Shown: positions 13,395-28,191 of the stretch, piece after piece
Layout of the letters: every line of letters begins with the position of its first letter
Position numbering within the stretch: the first letter of the stretch is position 1
Origin: Lama glama
Taxonomy: Eukaryota
Assembly: GCA_028534125.1 (NCBI GenBank)
Contig: CM052817.1
Coordinates: forward strand, 96,040,001-96,104,000
Direction: 5' to 3'
DNA length: 64,000 nt
Position numbers and translations under genes: made by a program
The notes under the pieces: generated by a model
Databases searched by the model: none
What the model was told of the DNA's origin: nothing
The model's input: the letters and a program-made list of their open reading frames with translations, nothing else

Positions 13395-14380
13395 TCATGG
13401 AGAAGGGAGTGTAAGAGGATTATATGATTTGACTCGGACTGGACATTGTAGAGTGCTGGTTATAGCCCCAGTTCCTCTCACTTGGCCATCTATCTCCTTC
13501 GGCAACATCCAAATAAAGCTGAACCATTCATTCTGAGAAGGCTTTGGAAGCAGCACGTGAAAGAGTAAACGGCTGCCAAGAAGAAAAGCCCAAAGCTGCA
13601 TGACGGTAGCAGCAGGCTTTGGGATGGGTCATGTGGTCACAGCAAAGCAGGGTCACACATCCTAAAGGAAGCTTCCTGACATCTTGGTGCTGAGGGCAGA
13701 TGGAGTCATGGAGTCCCATGGACCCTGCACACACCTGCTGTACACAGAGCTGGCGTGGAGGGTAGTCCCCTGTCCTGGAAGACCCTCAGAGACTATCACT
13801 GCTGGAGCAGACTCACCAGCCCTGACAGCTTCAGGAAGACACAATGCCACCGAAGTACTTACTTTCGTCACTATAGGGCCAGGTTCAGGATTTGGGGACC
13901 TGAGTGGATATTCCACTCTGGGCTGAAAAACAGTTACATCCAGAGCTTCCAAGAGATCACACAATGGCAAGATGACCATGAGGACCAATGCCAACAACAA
14001 AGGTGCCAGAGGACCACACAGGAACCTATTAAAGAGTCTAGCTTGGTTAAGACTTGATCTACCTGTGCTACTAACACACCCACACCACTCAAGTGTTTGG
14101 TCATTCCATTCAGATTTTGTATCTCTGTGGCACACCAAAGCAGTAATTCTGTCACCAACCCACCATGGATAAGGAAGCAACATGTGCAGTCAGATTGTCA
14201 GCCACAATGCACGTGCTTCCTTGGCCACCTGCACTCCTGTTCCCACGTGCAGGTAAGTATGTTGCGTTGACCAGGCCACTGGGACAGGATCTGTGAGCAG
14301 CACCCCTTCCATCAGACCCACCCATTCTCTCAGATCTGACAACTCGTTTGTTATCTTAACCTCACTGGGGAGGCTTTTCA
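13395..14380 (+). mobile_element. Possible ancient RTE-clade LINE remnant (5' region / endonuclease start)
   Basis: GC-richer island; plus-strand peptide KMTMRT...HRNLLKSLAWLRLDLPVL loosely follows the RTE endonuclease start (TWNVRT...LA.EL.R..IDI.AL). By-eye only. Confidence 0.3.
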
Positions 14381-15068
14381 AAAGATGTCCTAATCACTAG
14401 GAGAGAATCTGAAACCCTGTCACTTCTAAGAGCCAGCTTTCCAACCAGGACCCATGGCCCTGGCTCAAGCTCTAAGGACCTCCCCAGCTCCTCCCTTTCT
14501 TACCCACTTACTCATTCACAGGCCCCTGTGGTTTACACTCCTACAGTTTTCCCCATTTCACTACCAACCTCTGTGAAAGCAGACCACGTTGGAGTCTCCT
14601 TGTACTCGACGTCCCCACTCCTCAAAATACCAGCCCAGTGCTCTGTAAATTCCAAGTATCCAGTAATTTGTTTTAACTGAATAGTACACTGACATTCACC
14701 TCTCAGAAAAATTTCAAGCCATCCACCTTTAATGAGGAGCCAACACAAGATCAAGATGTTCCTCCCTATGTGATTGATTTCTGGAGTTTGGTTACTTTTG
14801 CTTAAGATATTGCATAATAGGAAGACAGTGTTCGGGATGAGTCCATATTCCCAGCTGTGGGACTTCAGTCAACTCACCTTTAAATCCTAATCTGACCAAC
14901 TACAAAAATCAGGACAACATAATACCAGTCCTGTCTACTTCTTCTAATTGTTGGGAGGTTAGAAAAAGAAAATACAGGTAAAAGCATTTCATAAGATATG
15001 AAAAATAGGTACTTATCACAATAGGAGATGATCTAAAGAAGCAGTCTCATATATTTTGATTCTATATA

Positions 15069-15303
15069 CAGTTGGCCCCGGAACAACAAGGGTTTAAACT
15101 GCACATGTCCACTTTTTTTTTTCAATAGTAAATATTACAGTACGAGACAATCAGCAGTTGGTTGAATCTGGATGCATACATGGAGTTGAATCCATGGATA
15201 CGGAGGAACCAAGGACAAGGGGTCCGACAATAAATTATACACAGATTCCAACTGCGAGGAGGGTCGGCAACTCCTATCCCCTACATTGTTCAAGGGTCAA
15301 CCG
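15069..15303. mobile_element. Tigger2-type non-autonomous DNA transposon
   Basis: TIRs cagttggccccggaacaa ... ttgttcaagggtcaaccg flanked by TA dinucleotides. Confidence 0.85.
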
Positions 15304-16374
15304 TATACTGAAGCTTCCATACAGAAGTCCCCAGTTTATATAAGGAAAAGTAATTTTACCTCATCCTTCATGCAAAAAATATATTTTTTTAAAAAATATC
15401 TACTGATGTTTTCTAATGTAAAAATCACTTTTCCCACATGAGATATTACTAGGCTAATTTGTTTAAGATCATCTAAAATTTAAAAGGAAAGAAAATAGAC
15501 TAAAAGGCCCCATTCAGCTACTAAAATGTCTGTGGTATGTTTTTCATCACTTAATAGGTTTGAAACTGCAAGAGCAACCCTATAGAAGCCTTTTATTTCC
15601 TTCCAGGCCAGATCAACCATATACAAGTCTTTTATTTCCTTCCAAGCACCAGAAGTCTTTCCTTTCTGCCTAGGCACTATGCCAGCTATTTCGGAGGTTG
15701 CCACCAGATCAGCGGCTGCGACTGCTGATACTCAGACAGAGCAGAAAAAAGGTGTGAATAATTGAGAAAAGTAAAAATATTACAAGAGACAGTCAATTAT
15801 GCCTCTGGACTTTTCCATACAAATTTATGATTTTTCTATAAACATTTACTTAGCATAGGACAAAGTAAACCTAGATGTGAGTTACTGTGTTAATAAGACA
15901 TATTTAAATCAAGACACCGATAGGGCTAGATTTAAACAAATTTCCTGCAAAAATATTAATCTATTCAAATACGCTGACTGTGTCCCCAGTACGTGCCAAG
16001 TGCTGCACCAGACATACTGTGTGTCCTGTGATGATGACAGTAAGACACACGCATGTACCACTCCCTGTGCTACACGTGCCGTGAGGGGGTAAGTACCACG
16101 AAGTCCTGGAAGAGACATGGAAAAGCTTCCCCGAGGGAGGCTTGAGGCCAAGTGGAAAAATCAATACCTACCCAACTTCTTAGCTTTTTTGCCTAACTAT
16201 TTTTTAGCTCACTATTGGCTTTTTGGTTGACTCGTAGGTCAACCTTTATTCTTCTTACCTAGGTAGTTTGAGCACTAACTAAGCCATGTGCAGGTGGACA
16301 GCTTTTAGTACCACCGGGCCTACGTCCAGTGATAACCGAGAGACTGGTATTAGAGGAAAGGGGAGGAACACAAC

Positions 16375-16600
16375 ACTGAAGGCAGAGTTGCCTGGGTTTA
16401 CATCCCAGCTCTTCCTCTTTTGCACTACAGAACTCTGGACAAGTTTCTTTATCTTTTTGTATCAGTTTTCTCATCTATGAAATGAAGATAATAATGGTAC
16501 CTATCTCAAAAGGTGGTTAAAAGGATTGAGTTAGTACATACATATAAAGCACTGAGAACAAGGATGGACACATATGATGAGCTATAAAAGCACTGACTAT
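16375..16600 (+). mobile_element. MIR SINE
   Basis: cctgggttt..cccagctct..ggacaagtt..tcagttttctcatctatgaaatg..gataataat core. Confidence 0.8.
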
Positions 16601-17437
16601 TGTGATTTTGATGGCAAGACCATGTTGCGATTACAGGCATCTCTTGCTGTGCGGGTCAGCAGCCAGCCAAATCCACTTAGGGCAGAGGAACTGCCCACGA
16701 AAGTTAAGAGTGCTTCCCGGAATTGTGCGTTGTTGCAGTCCTGGGTCAATCCATTGTCCTGCTGTGCCCTTTTTTCCTTCCAGGTCAGTAGTTAGGAACA
16801 CGTAGAAAAACACTAGCTGTCCTTCACATCCCTAAGAGGCAGTCTAAAACCCAACATTCGGCTTCTTCCAACCAGTTAAAGGCTCCTTTAATTAAGCAAA
16901 CAAGCTTCTAACTCAATTAACTTCTTTCCTCTTTCTCTATTGACAATCAATGTACAAAGAATTGGGCCTGAAGTTGTAAAACTTCATCAACCATGGGCAA
17001 ACCGTTCCCTACAGTGGGCTCTGTTTTTTTACACTCAGAAGCATTTCACACACAACTTGAAACTAAAAATGTTTTAAGGCGAGCTATATAATTTCTCCAA
17101 CAAAAATTCTGTTTTTGGTTGGCTACCAAAAGATAACGAAATCAAACAAGTAGAATTCATGTCTCTCTTTATGAACCACTCGAGCATGGCAGATCCTGTT
17201 TTAATTTTAATCCAGTTCCCATTTTTCATATGAAAATGTGACTCTGTAGCCCACCTTGAACAGCAAATGTGCAAACACACAGCAGAATAGTTGGTAATTA
17301 AAACAACTGGGGAAGAAGCATCAAATGTTGGAGGGATAAAAAGAATAAAGGCATGCCAACAACTCCACGGCACAAATGCAGGGTTTGCAATGGCTTATTT
17401 GGACAAGGACTTAATGTAAACTCAAACAAGGATTAAG

Positions 17438-17683
17438 AGGGGGGAAGGGGAGGGTGGAGGGAGAAATTGGGAGTTCCAGATTTGCAGATACTAACTACTA
17501 GATATAAAGTAGGTAAACAACAAGGTCCTACTGTATAGTACAGGGAACTACAGTTAATACCTTGTAATGGCCTATAATGAAAAAGACTATGAAAAGGAAT
17601 CGATATATGTATAATTGAATCACTATACTGTACACCAGAAATTAACACCTTGTAAACCGATTATGCTTCAATTAAAAAAAAAA
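17438..17683 (+). mobile_element. L1 3' fragment
   Basis: gggagttccagatttgcagatac..caaggtcctactgtatagtacagggaac..poly-A; TSD-like aaggattaag / aagaattaag. Confidence 0.9.
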
Positions 17684-20600
17684 GAATTAAGGCATATCAG
17701 TTGCAGCTGTCCTTGTTAAGGAGGGCTGCAGAAGTTGAAAAGCATTTTCCATAGTCTAACTCACTATGCACTTAAAAAAAAAGATTAATATGTATAAATA
17801 TATACACCTGCCTTAACACGTATAGTTGATGTCTCAGATTGTTTTTCAGAATTAAACTATCGTGATCTGTCTCTTTTGAGAAAGTAAACCATTCTCAAAC
17901 AGTGTGAACTTAATGTAACTAATTAGTAATAACACTTGCTCAGAGTCTGGATCTAAAGGACCATTTCCTGAGAAATACCATGGAGCATAAACTACAAAAA
18001 CTTCCCATAATGAGTGTTCTTAACGGGATCTAGAATATACTTGCATTCATGAGAAAATATGTCTAATCTATATAGAACATTGTTCAATTCTATCCCACTT
18101 TATTCTGGCACAGAATATTTGAAAAGATCCTTGAAGGTGAGATTGAGAACAGATACTTAACGGAAATGATTACAACGTAAGTGACCTCATCCTTGTTCTG
18201 AACAACTCTATTGGGACCACAATATGACTAAGAGCAAACTAGAGTCATTCTCTAGCTTCCCTGATCCTCTGCCTTTTTTATTAGGGCTACTTTTGAACTG
18301 CATTAAAGAGATACCAAAAATAGCAGTTCCTACAAAGAAAATTCAGAAAATGATGAGTCAAATCCATGCACAAATATCTGATATTTGGTGAGTACGCAAG
18401 GCTTCTTGTGAGGGGAAACATATTTGAGCCAGGCCTTGACTGATGGTCAGGACTTTAACTGGGAGATACTGGGAGATGAGGAAGTCTCTATTTTAGGAGC
18501 AGACTGGTCAACTGAGCTGACCACAAGCAGCAGAAGACTTTACCAGGAGCACATAGTTCTCGACGTGGTCCGAGGTCTAACACCAAAGGAACTGTCTGCA
18601 AGTAACAGGAGGCCAGGAATCCCCTTGAGAAAAGACCAAAGGCTGGGAAGTTTGTCCAGAGGATCAGAGGAGCTGCCTCAAGAAGAAACATGGATGGCAG
18701 GTTTCCACTGCAGCTTAGGGTAGTGTTGTTCAAACTCTAGTTCACAAAATCAATTTAGTGAATACTGATTGGCATTTAGCTTACAGATTAAAGAAAGGGA
18801 AGGAAAGAAGATAGGCAGAGGAGGAGAGAGAAAGGGAGAGGGCAAGAGAGGAAAGTTAACCTTTGTGACTTACACATACAGCAACTATTCTTTGGAAACT
18901 TTTCAGTTTCTATCTGTGGATTGTGTATTTAAAAAAAAAATGGAAATCACTCACTGAGAGGGCCCTGCGAGTCTAAAATCTTGGCCCTTGATTAGAATGC
19001 AGCTCAGTCCTACTCAATTTATTCAGACCATTAGTTTGGGTCCAAGTGTTCCTGGTCATGAATAATCTGCTTGAAAAATCTTACTGCACTAAGCAAGATG
19101 TTCTCATTAGATACTCACAAGACACAGTCTGATGTCTTCATAAAGCAAGTACAGTTTAAAAGAGGCGTTTCCAAAGTCTGTGGCAATGCAGTAAAGATTA
19201 TACTTGATTCCTTCAGATTGATAGATGCTGAACACCTTCACATGAAAGCTACATGGATAATGCCATCCTCTTCCATGAAGCAGATAATCTCATAGGGAGG
19301 ATAAATTGAGAAAGCTACAATTAATGCAATAAAGTAGGTGATACTTCACCAAGAAGCAAACAGCTTAAAATGACAGATTACCTCCTTTTATTTATATAGG
19401 TCCCTATATGTTTCTTTCCCAAAATATTTTCATCTAAAATGATCCTCCCTACACAAAATTGATTAAAAAATTGAAAAAGAGAATACCCAAAATCACAGGG
19501 CTAGTTAGGGATGGGGCCAAGAGAAGAGACAGATTTCATTTATTGATATTTCCCTAACTCCATGGTCTAACAAATCATGGAGAATGTCTCCTACTTTCAG
19601 TAGTAACACCTTCGTAAATATATACAAATATATATGTAACTGGCATGTAGCCAGTGCACAGATAAAGCCAAAGAACCTAAAAAAGGTACTTGCCTAGAAT
19701 TTGGAAATAAAGGTAAAAATAGTCAAATTCTCTGTAAGATACAACAAATATGAACATTAATCAAATAAGAATAGCTAAGAAAAAGTTAGGAGTGGGTTAT
19801 TGTCTAGACTAATGTTTCCTCAAAATCACTAATGGGTTCAGTGTACCCCCTTAAAAAGGAAGTCTGATCATTAAAATGTAAGTAATCAAAATAAATCAAA
19901 TCACTGAAAAATATTTTGTTAGTCATTATATACGCAAGCAATCTGATATCAAAAAAAAATCAGATAACAAATATCCAATGTTTATGAAGAGCTGGTTAAA
20001 GGGCACAGGGTATCTGATTGCTTCTGCAGTGTGTGTGTTTGTTTGTTTGTTAGCTGGGATGGAACCAGGATGGTTTTCCAAGCTTCATAGTTTAGAGGAA
20101 ACATCCCACAGATCTGTACAATCCTCTTTATCTGGTTCTAAATTCCCAAAGCAATCTTTCCATAAACAATTTGGCTTCCTGTGCCTTTAGTTCCCAGAAA
20201 GGGTAATCTTGGATATCGGACATGAATGCTCCATGTATGGTAAGAAATATTTATGTAAAAATGTTGAGGGCCTATAATACAAACTTATAAACTGGAATTA
20301 CCTAGTTTGGTAAATTTATTTAAACACCTGCCATCTTGTAAATTTATTTAAACATCAACCATCATACATTTCAATTTACTTGTTCATGTTTTACATCACT
20401 TACTCAACTGAAAATTCTGTGAAGGTACTATATACAGGAAGCTGTAGCAAGGACTCAACACATATTTTTTTGAATGAGTAGTGAATGAAGTGAGTAAATG
20501 AGTGAACGTATATCAAATTTTGAGAAGGCAATGATAATGACTCAGAAAACTAGATGATATCATCAGTGACAAACCTCTATTATGAGGATAATGCTGATGC

Positions 20601-22221
20601 TTGCTTGATCGGTTGCCTGACAATTAATTTATAAGCACTTCTGTGTACAATTTTGTGAGATCTTTGGAAGCAATCCTATGAAATAAGGATACAAGTACTA
20701 TTGCTCCTCAGATGAGAAAACCAGGGCTCAGAGAAGTCCAGGGCTTACCTGGTGACCACTGAGACCACTAGGTGAATAATGGTAGAGGTAGGAATCGAAT
20801 ATCCTTTTTGATTCCTTGGCAAGTGTATCCTTTGCTTAAAGGTCAGGTGGCCCAGCAGCACAGGTGGTGATGCTCACCTCAGCATGTTAAGCTAATGTTG
20901 TTGAGATGCTTCTCCCCCAAGATCAGGACTGGTCCTTATGTCTGAAGCAGAGGTGTACCCAAAGGTGGGGATCAAATGACTTCAGCTATAGAAAGAAGGT
21001 CTCAGAAACAGGAATCTGACGATTCCTGACAAGGTGTTTCAAGATCAGGTCCCTGGAAGACACGCCCATTCAGATGAGGAAGGAGCCAGATTAGAAGAAA
21101 AGCAGTGATGAGAGATGGAGGAGGAGAATTAAGAGAGAAGAGAGTCAGGGAAACAAGAGGAAGTTGGGGGCAGGCAGGCATGGTGTCACAGGCTGCAGTT
21201 AGGTCCTAGACGACGAGAACTGAGAACTGGCCACTGGATCTGGTGAACAGAAGTCACTGCCAACCGTTGAGAGGCCCCATTTGGTTAGAGTGGTACAACT
21301 TGAGAGAATTGAGGGGTTAAATGAGAGAATTCTAAGCTATACACAAAAATCTTGGGAAACCCAGGTATACTTCAAGCAAGTTTTATAGCAGCTTCAAACA
21401 AACACAGCCCACTCTTTCTAGGACTCCTAAGAATGCTAACCTAGTCTCATTTTCTGGGCGAAAGTTAAAAGGTAGGAATGGAAGAAGAGCAGAGACATGG
21501 AATTTCTTGCTGCTGTTACTTCTGCTCTGTCATCTGTCAAAGAGGAAAGACAATGACGCTTTCCCAGAGAGCACAGGAGGCCGGAGGGTAGGAAGTACAC
21601 ACAGGCCAGCTTGCAGGAGGGCTCAAGGCTGACAGCCTCTTTCAGGCAGTACAAGACTGCTCCCAGAGGCCATTAAACTCCCACCTCAGGCACAAGCAGT
21701 CACCAGCCCCATTGAACAGAAGAGAAAGGCGAGGCCCAGAAAAGCCAAGTGACTGCTGTGGCTGAGACAGTGAGTGACAGGTCAGATTTCCTTCGCCCTT
21801 CAAGTCCTCGCTCTGCCTATCAGATCTACTCTAAAGGCCTTTATAAATGTTTCAGTGAATCTTATCTTCATGCATTGGATTAGCAAGATCAACTCCCCAT
21901 TGGTAATGCAAAATAACCCTGAAATGTTTCATGCCTTGCTGATAAGCCAGAAGCTGAGCTTTCTGTCTGCATTTGGACTGTGATGATCTTGATCTTTCAC
22001 CTCTAGCAAAAATCTTCTCATGGCTATAATTTTAAAGTTCGTAATGAGCGCTTCATTTGCTTGCCAAGCAGACAGAAAACCTTTTTTTAAATACTCAGAC
22101 TGCCGTGACCTTTGGTGATGACTTAAAGAGTTCGCCACAGGTAATAATTTTCTTTGCTCAGGAGACATTCTTAAATCTTCTTTGAAGAGATGTGGGCAAT
22201 AACCTCATTGATGAAATTAAG

Positions 22222-22233
22222 CACACACACACA

Positions 22234-22276
<43 letters not shown>
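22222..22276. repeat. (CA)n microsatellite
   Basis: ~27 CA units with one interruption. Confidence 0.95.
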
Positions 22277-22278
<2 letters not shown>

Positions 22279-25200
22279 TTAACCTGTCACCTTTCTACTA
22301 TCCCTGAAATCAAAACTTTTCTTTAAGATGTTTTTGGAATTCTGCTTGACTATCAGAGGGTTTTAAAATTCTTCAAACTGTTAACTAAAGTATAATAAAA
22401 ACTGCAGCTAAATGTTTACAGGAAAAGCAGCACACTGTCTATCTCTAAACTAGACAAGAGGATGGTCTAAACAAACACAGTACAGACCCCCACACAGAAT
22501 TTCTGACTGTCCCACCCAGCTGAATGGGGCTGAACTCCCTTGGGGAACATTTTGGGATTTTCTACATTAAAAATGAAAAACAATGATTTTACTGATTCGG
22601 GCCAACATAAAGCCATTCTACTCTGTTTTGCCTATCTCTGTGAAGTTTATAACATGAAAAGAGGTTTCAAATAGTGTAGCATCACACTCCATGTCGGCGT
22701 CTTGAAGGCTGGCCCCAGATCTTACTCTCCTTTTTTTCCCAATGGCAGAAGACAGTGTCTACATAAAGTGGGTACTTAACTGCTGTTGACTATCACATTC
22801 TATTTCTAAAGTTGGTTGGTGGACACAGTCATGTTTAGATGACTGTGTTTTATACACCTTTTGTAGGCAAGATATTTCGTAACTTTAAAAAGAAGGAGAA
22901 CCCTGAGGACCATCCATTAATTCTAATTCGATAGGTCTAAGGTGGAGATAAGGGTTTTCCCCCCATCACCCTCGGTAATGCAGATGTGGGGTGATACTTT
23001 AAGAAACAAAAACAAAAGCAAAGTAAACAAACCGACATAAAAAACGTGCCTATAATCAGTACACTGCTGTTAGTGCTGAAGGTGTCTTATTTTCACGGTT
23101 CAAATTATCAGGCTTCCCCGTAAACACAGAGAACATAGTGTTTAGCATAAAATCCTCCTCTCAGATATGCCTAGAAACCCCTTCCTTACTTGCTTTGTCT
23201 TTCGCCTATTATAATTCTTAACGTTTTTCTTTTCATTTTCTTTTTTCCTTCAGATATTTGAGGGTAGAAGACTTTAATTCTATTTCTCTCTCTCCTACTT
23301 GGTTTAAAATTTTACAAAGTTATATAACCTTGCAACTTTACTTGGGTATTAAGACCTCATATTTACTTTGCATTTTGAGGAGTGGCTTTTAGCTGAATCC
23401 TTCCCTATCTCAGCTTGAAAAAAAAGAAATACTGAGGTAAAAGTAGATAATGCATCTCTTCCCAAACTCTACCTTTCTTGCTTTTTCATGAAACAACAGC
23501 ATAAGTGACAAATGAAATACCTCTATGACAATAATATGAAAACCACGTAAATTTCTCTCCAAATTTAGAGAAATCATTTACCATTTTTTAAAAAACAAAC
23601 TTCTTTTATAAAAAGGAATCCCTGGTGGTAGTTACTATCAGGCAGAAGTCACTTAAATTTAAATCCAGTGATTCTTCTCAACAAATCCCATGAGGTTTAA
23701 AACCAATGCAAGGCTTTAGGAAAAAAACTGTATTTTTTTTAACCACAGAACTTTACATTTGGAACAGAAATTTAAACCTAACAAATGTATATAATTTTAA
23801 ACAAAGACTATGTGTTTATCCTAAGTCTCCCATGTTTGAATACAAAAGAAAACATTTTGATGTATCTTCTTTCTTACCTCTGGCAATGAAATTAGGGTTC
23901 ACCAAGTCATTACGTTTTCTGTTATTCAAATAAGGAACTATAACTGTGCACGTGCGCAAGCACACACATACACGCACGCACACACCCACTACCACCATTA
24001 CCATCCATCAGACCATGGCAAGAGCACACTCTACAATCCAGCAGTTTTGAAAAATTGCATTTAAAACACTGGAATGAATAAATAACAATCACAAAAAAGA
24101 ACCTAACCATGTTTCCAATATTTAAACGAAAGTAGTTTCAAATTTTAAAGCCACAAAATAAGACTGTCAGTCAGCTCTCCCCTTAAACAGTCTCATTTTA
24201 ATACCTAAAGGATAGGCCAGCATTCCAGCATATACGCATTGTTATGCACATACGCAGAGTTCCCTCTGCTGCTAAAAATTATTACAAATTCTAGTTGGCT
24301 CACTGTAACAAAAACAACCTAAGTTACAAAAACGGAAATTGTTTTTCAATTTAACACAAAGTAATGAGGCAATTCTCTCCAAAGTGCGAGAGGTGAGTTA
24401 AAGGGATGCAGTAACTTTCAATCCATGATAAAAACCTTTGGGTAACCAGTAGTTTTACGGGAAAAGCATTTAAGACGAGAAGGATGTAAGTAACAGAGAA
24501 GAAAATTTCCTCCTAAGCTATATAACAACTCTACAAAATAAAATTAAGAGAATCATTTCAAATGACACTATTATACCTGCATACGTCCCCAAAATCATTA
24601 AATACAAATTTGCTACACAATTACACATTTTCTTTAACACATGAGAGCATATGCTAAACATGTATATAGATATTAAAGATATATATATATATATATGTAT
24701 ACGTATATGAGAGCATAAACTCAATGTAAAGAAGTTTAATAGCACAAAATCTGGAAGGAAAAAGGTGTTTTTGACATGTCCCAAATACCACAAAGAATAG
24801 TCAGTTGGAAAGGACAGCGCAACGTGGCAATGAGCCCCAGCAATCCTCCACGCCCACTCCCCACCATGTTGAAACCCATGTGGGTAAACAGCCATGTGTC
24901 AAGGCAGCACAGAGAATCACAGAGAAGCAGGATCGAAACCTTCACCCAATGGCACCTGACGCTGGACTCAGCTCTTGAACTTTTTCATTTACATGCACCA
25001 AAAAATTCACTTTCTATCCTTAGATTAGATTTTTCTAATAAATTATCCAAAAGATCAGTCTTCCCTTTTACATTAACTTCAACAAAAACCTATATTCAGT
25101 TAAATTATTATTTTAGAAAAACATGAAACTTAAAATCTAATATCTTTACTGGCAGAGCATTTTTGTCCATAATCTAACATAAATATAAAATAGCCTATTC

Positions 25201-25902
25201 ACTTCCCATTAGAAGATATGACCAAACTAGACTTTGCAAGCTTCATTTCTGAAGCTCCATTTTCAATATTTATGAAAAAACTGTATCTTACTCCCCAGGA
25301 CTACAAAAATGTTCGACAATTATGAAGTTGCACAATATAAGCCCTTGAAGAACTAGACCAATGATGTTAGAAAACAAAAAAGATGTTCACAAATTCAACA
25401 TTGTTAACATGCAACATTAATGAAAATCATTTAAATATCTACTGGGGAATGAACATGTAGATACACTTTCAAATACTACATGTTACTGTCAAGAAAATGA
25501 GTGACCTTTGAACTTCTGCCAAAAGTCATTTGAGAACAAAGAGGGTTTTAAGGGACTCACATCAGAAAGACAGAAAGAAATGACACCTTTAAACAAATTA
25601 ACACTACTCTCATATATAGCAAAAGAGTCCCTTTCCTCAAATTCTTTCAAGGCAATAGAAAGATAATCATAGCAGGCACTAATCCAAAACTCTGATAACT
25701 TCTCTATCTCACTAATAATGTGGCCACTGAAATAATTACTTGACACAATGAAACGCTGGTTAAATCCAACCGTCTGACAATTGCATTCCTACACTGAGAA
25801 GCTAAATGCAGCAGAGAGAGAGAAACACACACCCGTGACGCCTGGCTTCACTTTGATGCATGGCTGGATCTTAGCTGGGTCCTTGGTACTGCCTGGCAAT
25901 GC

Positions 25903-26550
25903 TGAGACAGGAAGGAAGGGGGCAGGGCACAGCCACTAAAGGAATGACACAGCAGTTAGCACCAAGATGGCACAAAATTCAACTCCCAGCAGACTTGAAC
26001 CCCAGGATGGTGGGACATTTGACTTGCAGCAGACCTTGAGCTTCATTATACGTTCATTGTAACATATTAACATGGTAAGTAGCATTCCCACAGGTGCCAT
26101 GACAGTCCTGAGGCTAACCATCAAAGGTCAAAAAGTGGGTGGTGGCCCGATTCATGGGAATCCCAGCCCCTTCCCCAAAGTAGCTGGAATAATCCTCCCA
26201 CTGGTTAGCATACGAAATAACCAAGCCCTTAAAAACTAACAACCCCCACACCTCATGGCCACTTCCCCTTCTGAGACAGACTACATCGTGTCTATGGAGT
26301 GTGTATCTATTTTACTTTAAACTAAACACCCACCCCCACGCCTCACGACCTCTCTGGCCTTCTGAGATGGCCTATACTGAGTCTGTGGAGTGTGCATCTC
26401 TCTGAATAAACCTGCTTTTACTCTACTATGGCTCGTTCTTGAATTCTTTCCTGCGCGAAGCCAAAGACCCTCACTTGGTGGGGCGTGCCCCAGGGACTCA
26501 ACCAAGACCTGGGACATGGCCATCCTCTCGTGCCCCATTTTCCTGTATCA
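25903..26550 (+). mobile_element. Solo ERV LTR (ERV1-like)
   Basis: Termini tgagacagga...tcctgtatca, 4-bp TSD atgc (25899-25902, 26551-26554), AATAAA ~26405. Confidence 0.85.
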
Positions 26551-28191
26551 ATGCTACCACACTCTCCAGTTGACTCACTCTCCTCAGCTGGATGGCAATT
26601 CCACATTCTCTCCTCTCATCTCAAACATGAAGCACCTAACCCCTCATCGCTTTCAGCTACTGAGAAAAAATAAAATCATCAGAAGAAAGCTCCCAAGTGT
26701 GTCCCTTCGACCCATCTACATGGATCTATTTCCACACACTCGACCTTCCCTCCTGTTATTATGAATAAATAGTCCCAGCTCCTACTGAAGCTCACACAAC
26801 CCGTTACCATTCCCTTCCACTTGATCAAACAAATGACTCCAGCACTCTCTCTTAAATCCACAGCTCCCTCTCTACTGCATGATTCCCATCATAATGGAAA
26901 CATGCTGTCCTTCCTGCATTAAAAAAAAACCTTGACCCCATATTTCTCTCTAACGACAGCCCCATTTCTCTACTCCCTTTTATCACAAAGTACTTCAAAA
27001 CAGTGGTCTATATTTCTTGTCTCTAATTCCTCTCTCCCTGTTTTCCTTGAACTCACTCCAAACAAGCTTTTGCTCTTATGTTCCACCAAAACCACTCTCG
27101 TCAGGGTTACCAGTAACCTTCACATAGCTTAATGCAATGTCAATTCTCTGAAGTCATCTTACACAACTCATATCTGCAGAATCTGACACAGCTCACCACA
27201 CCCTCTTCCCTGAAACACCTTCCTCACCTGGGTTCCAGAGTACTATGCTCTCTTGTTTTTGCTTCAGTCTCATTAATTATGCTCTCTCTGTTGCCTTTCC
27301 TGGTTACTCCTGTGTCTTGACCCCTTAACGGTGGAGGATCCCAGGGCTCAGTCCTTGAACCTCTTCTCTTTTTCTCTTTTCTATCTCTGCTCTTTCCCTA
27401 AGGAATCTCACCCAATCTTGGCTTTAAACACCATTTATTCACTGATGACTCTCTAAATTATGTTTCAGGCCACTCCCTGAACTCTCAACCCTTGTATCTC
27501 TAACTGCTTGCTTACATTTTCATTTGGATGTGTAATAGGCATCTTAACATGCCCCAGAAAAAAAAAAAAAAAACACCAAAAACTCTTGATCTTATCAATA
27601 TGGCTGACATTACAAGTGTTTGTCAATGTCCAGGTCTCCTCTCCCTCAGGGCACATGAATGACAACACATGGTGAGGCCACACAACCTGCTGTGGCCAAT
27701 TTAATGTGAGCAGAAGTGCCAGGTATCATTTCTAGGCTGTACAACAAAAAGCACACTTGTGATTCTCCAATCTCTCTCTTTCCCTGCCGTGGCAACTGAA
27801 AATGCCTTGTGTTCCATCCAGATGGTGTACCTTCAAGACATGGAGACTCCACCAACCAGGCTTCCTTAGTGATGGCAAAGACCCTCCCACTGAACCACAC
27901 GGGACAGGTACCACTAGCAGGCAATAAACCTTTATGCTAAACAAAACACTGAGATTTTGGGGTTCTTAGTTATCACAGTATAGCCTTGCCCACCAAGACT
28001 AAACACCCCCAAACCTGCTCTCATGTAGTCCTCTTTTCTATCTCAGCAAACGCCATCTTTTCAGTTGTTCAGTCAAAAACCCTTAAGTCTTTCTTTCTCT
28101 CACATCCCACATCCGATTCAGCAGCACATCCTTGCCTTCAAAATATGTACAGAATCCAACCACCTTTTATTTCCTCTACTATCATCCTGCT

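Noticed and set aside
13662..14183. 173-aa minus-strand ORF as a real CDS
   Set aside because: No recognisable homology, no convincing splice context; better explained as a chance ORF in an old GC-richer repeat.
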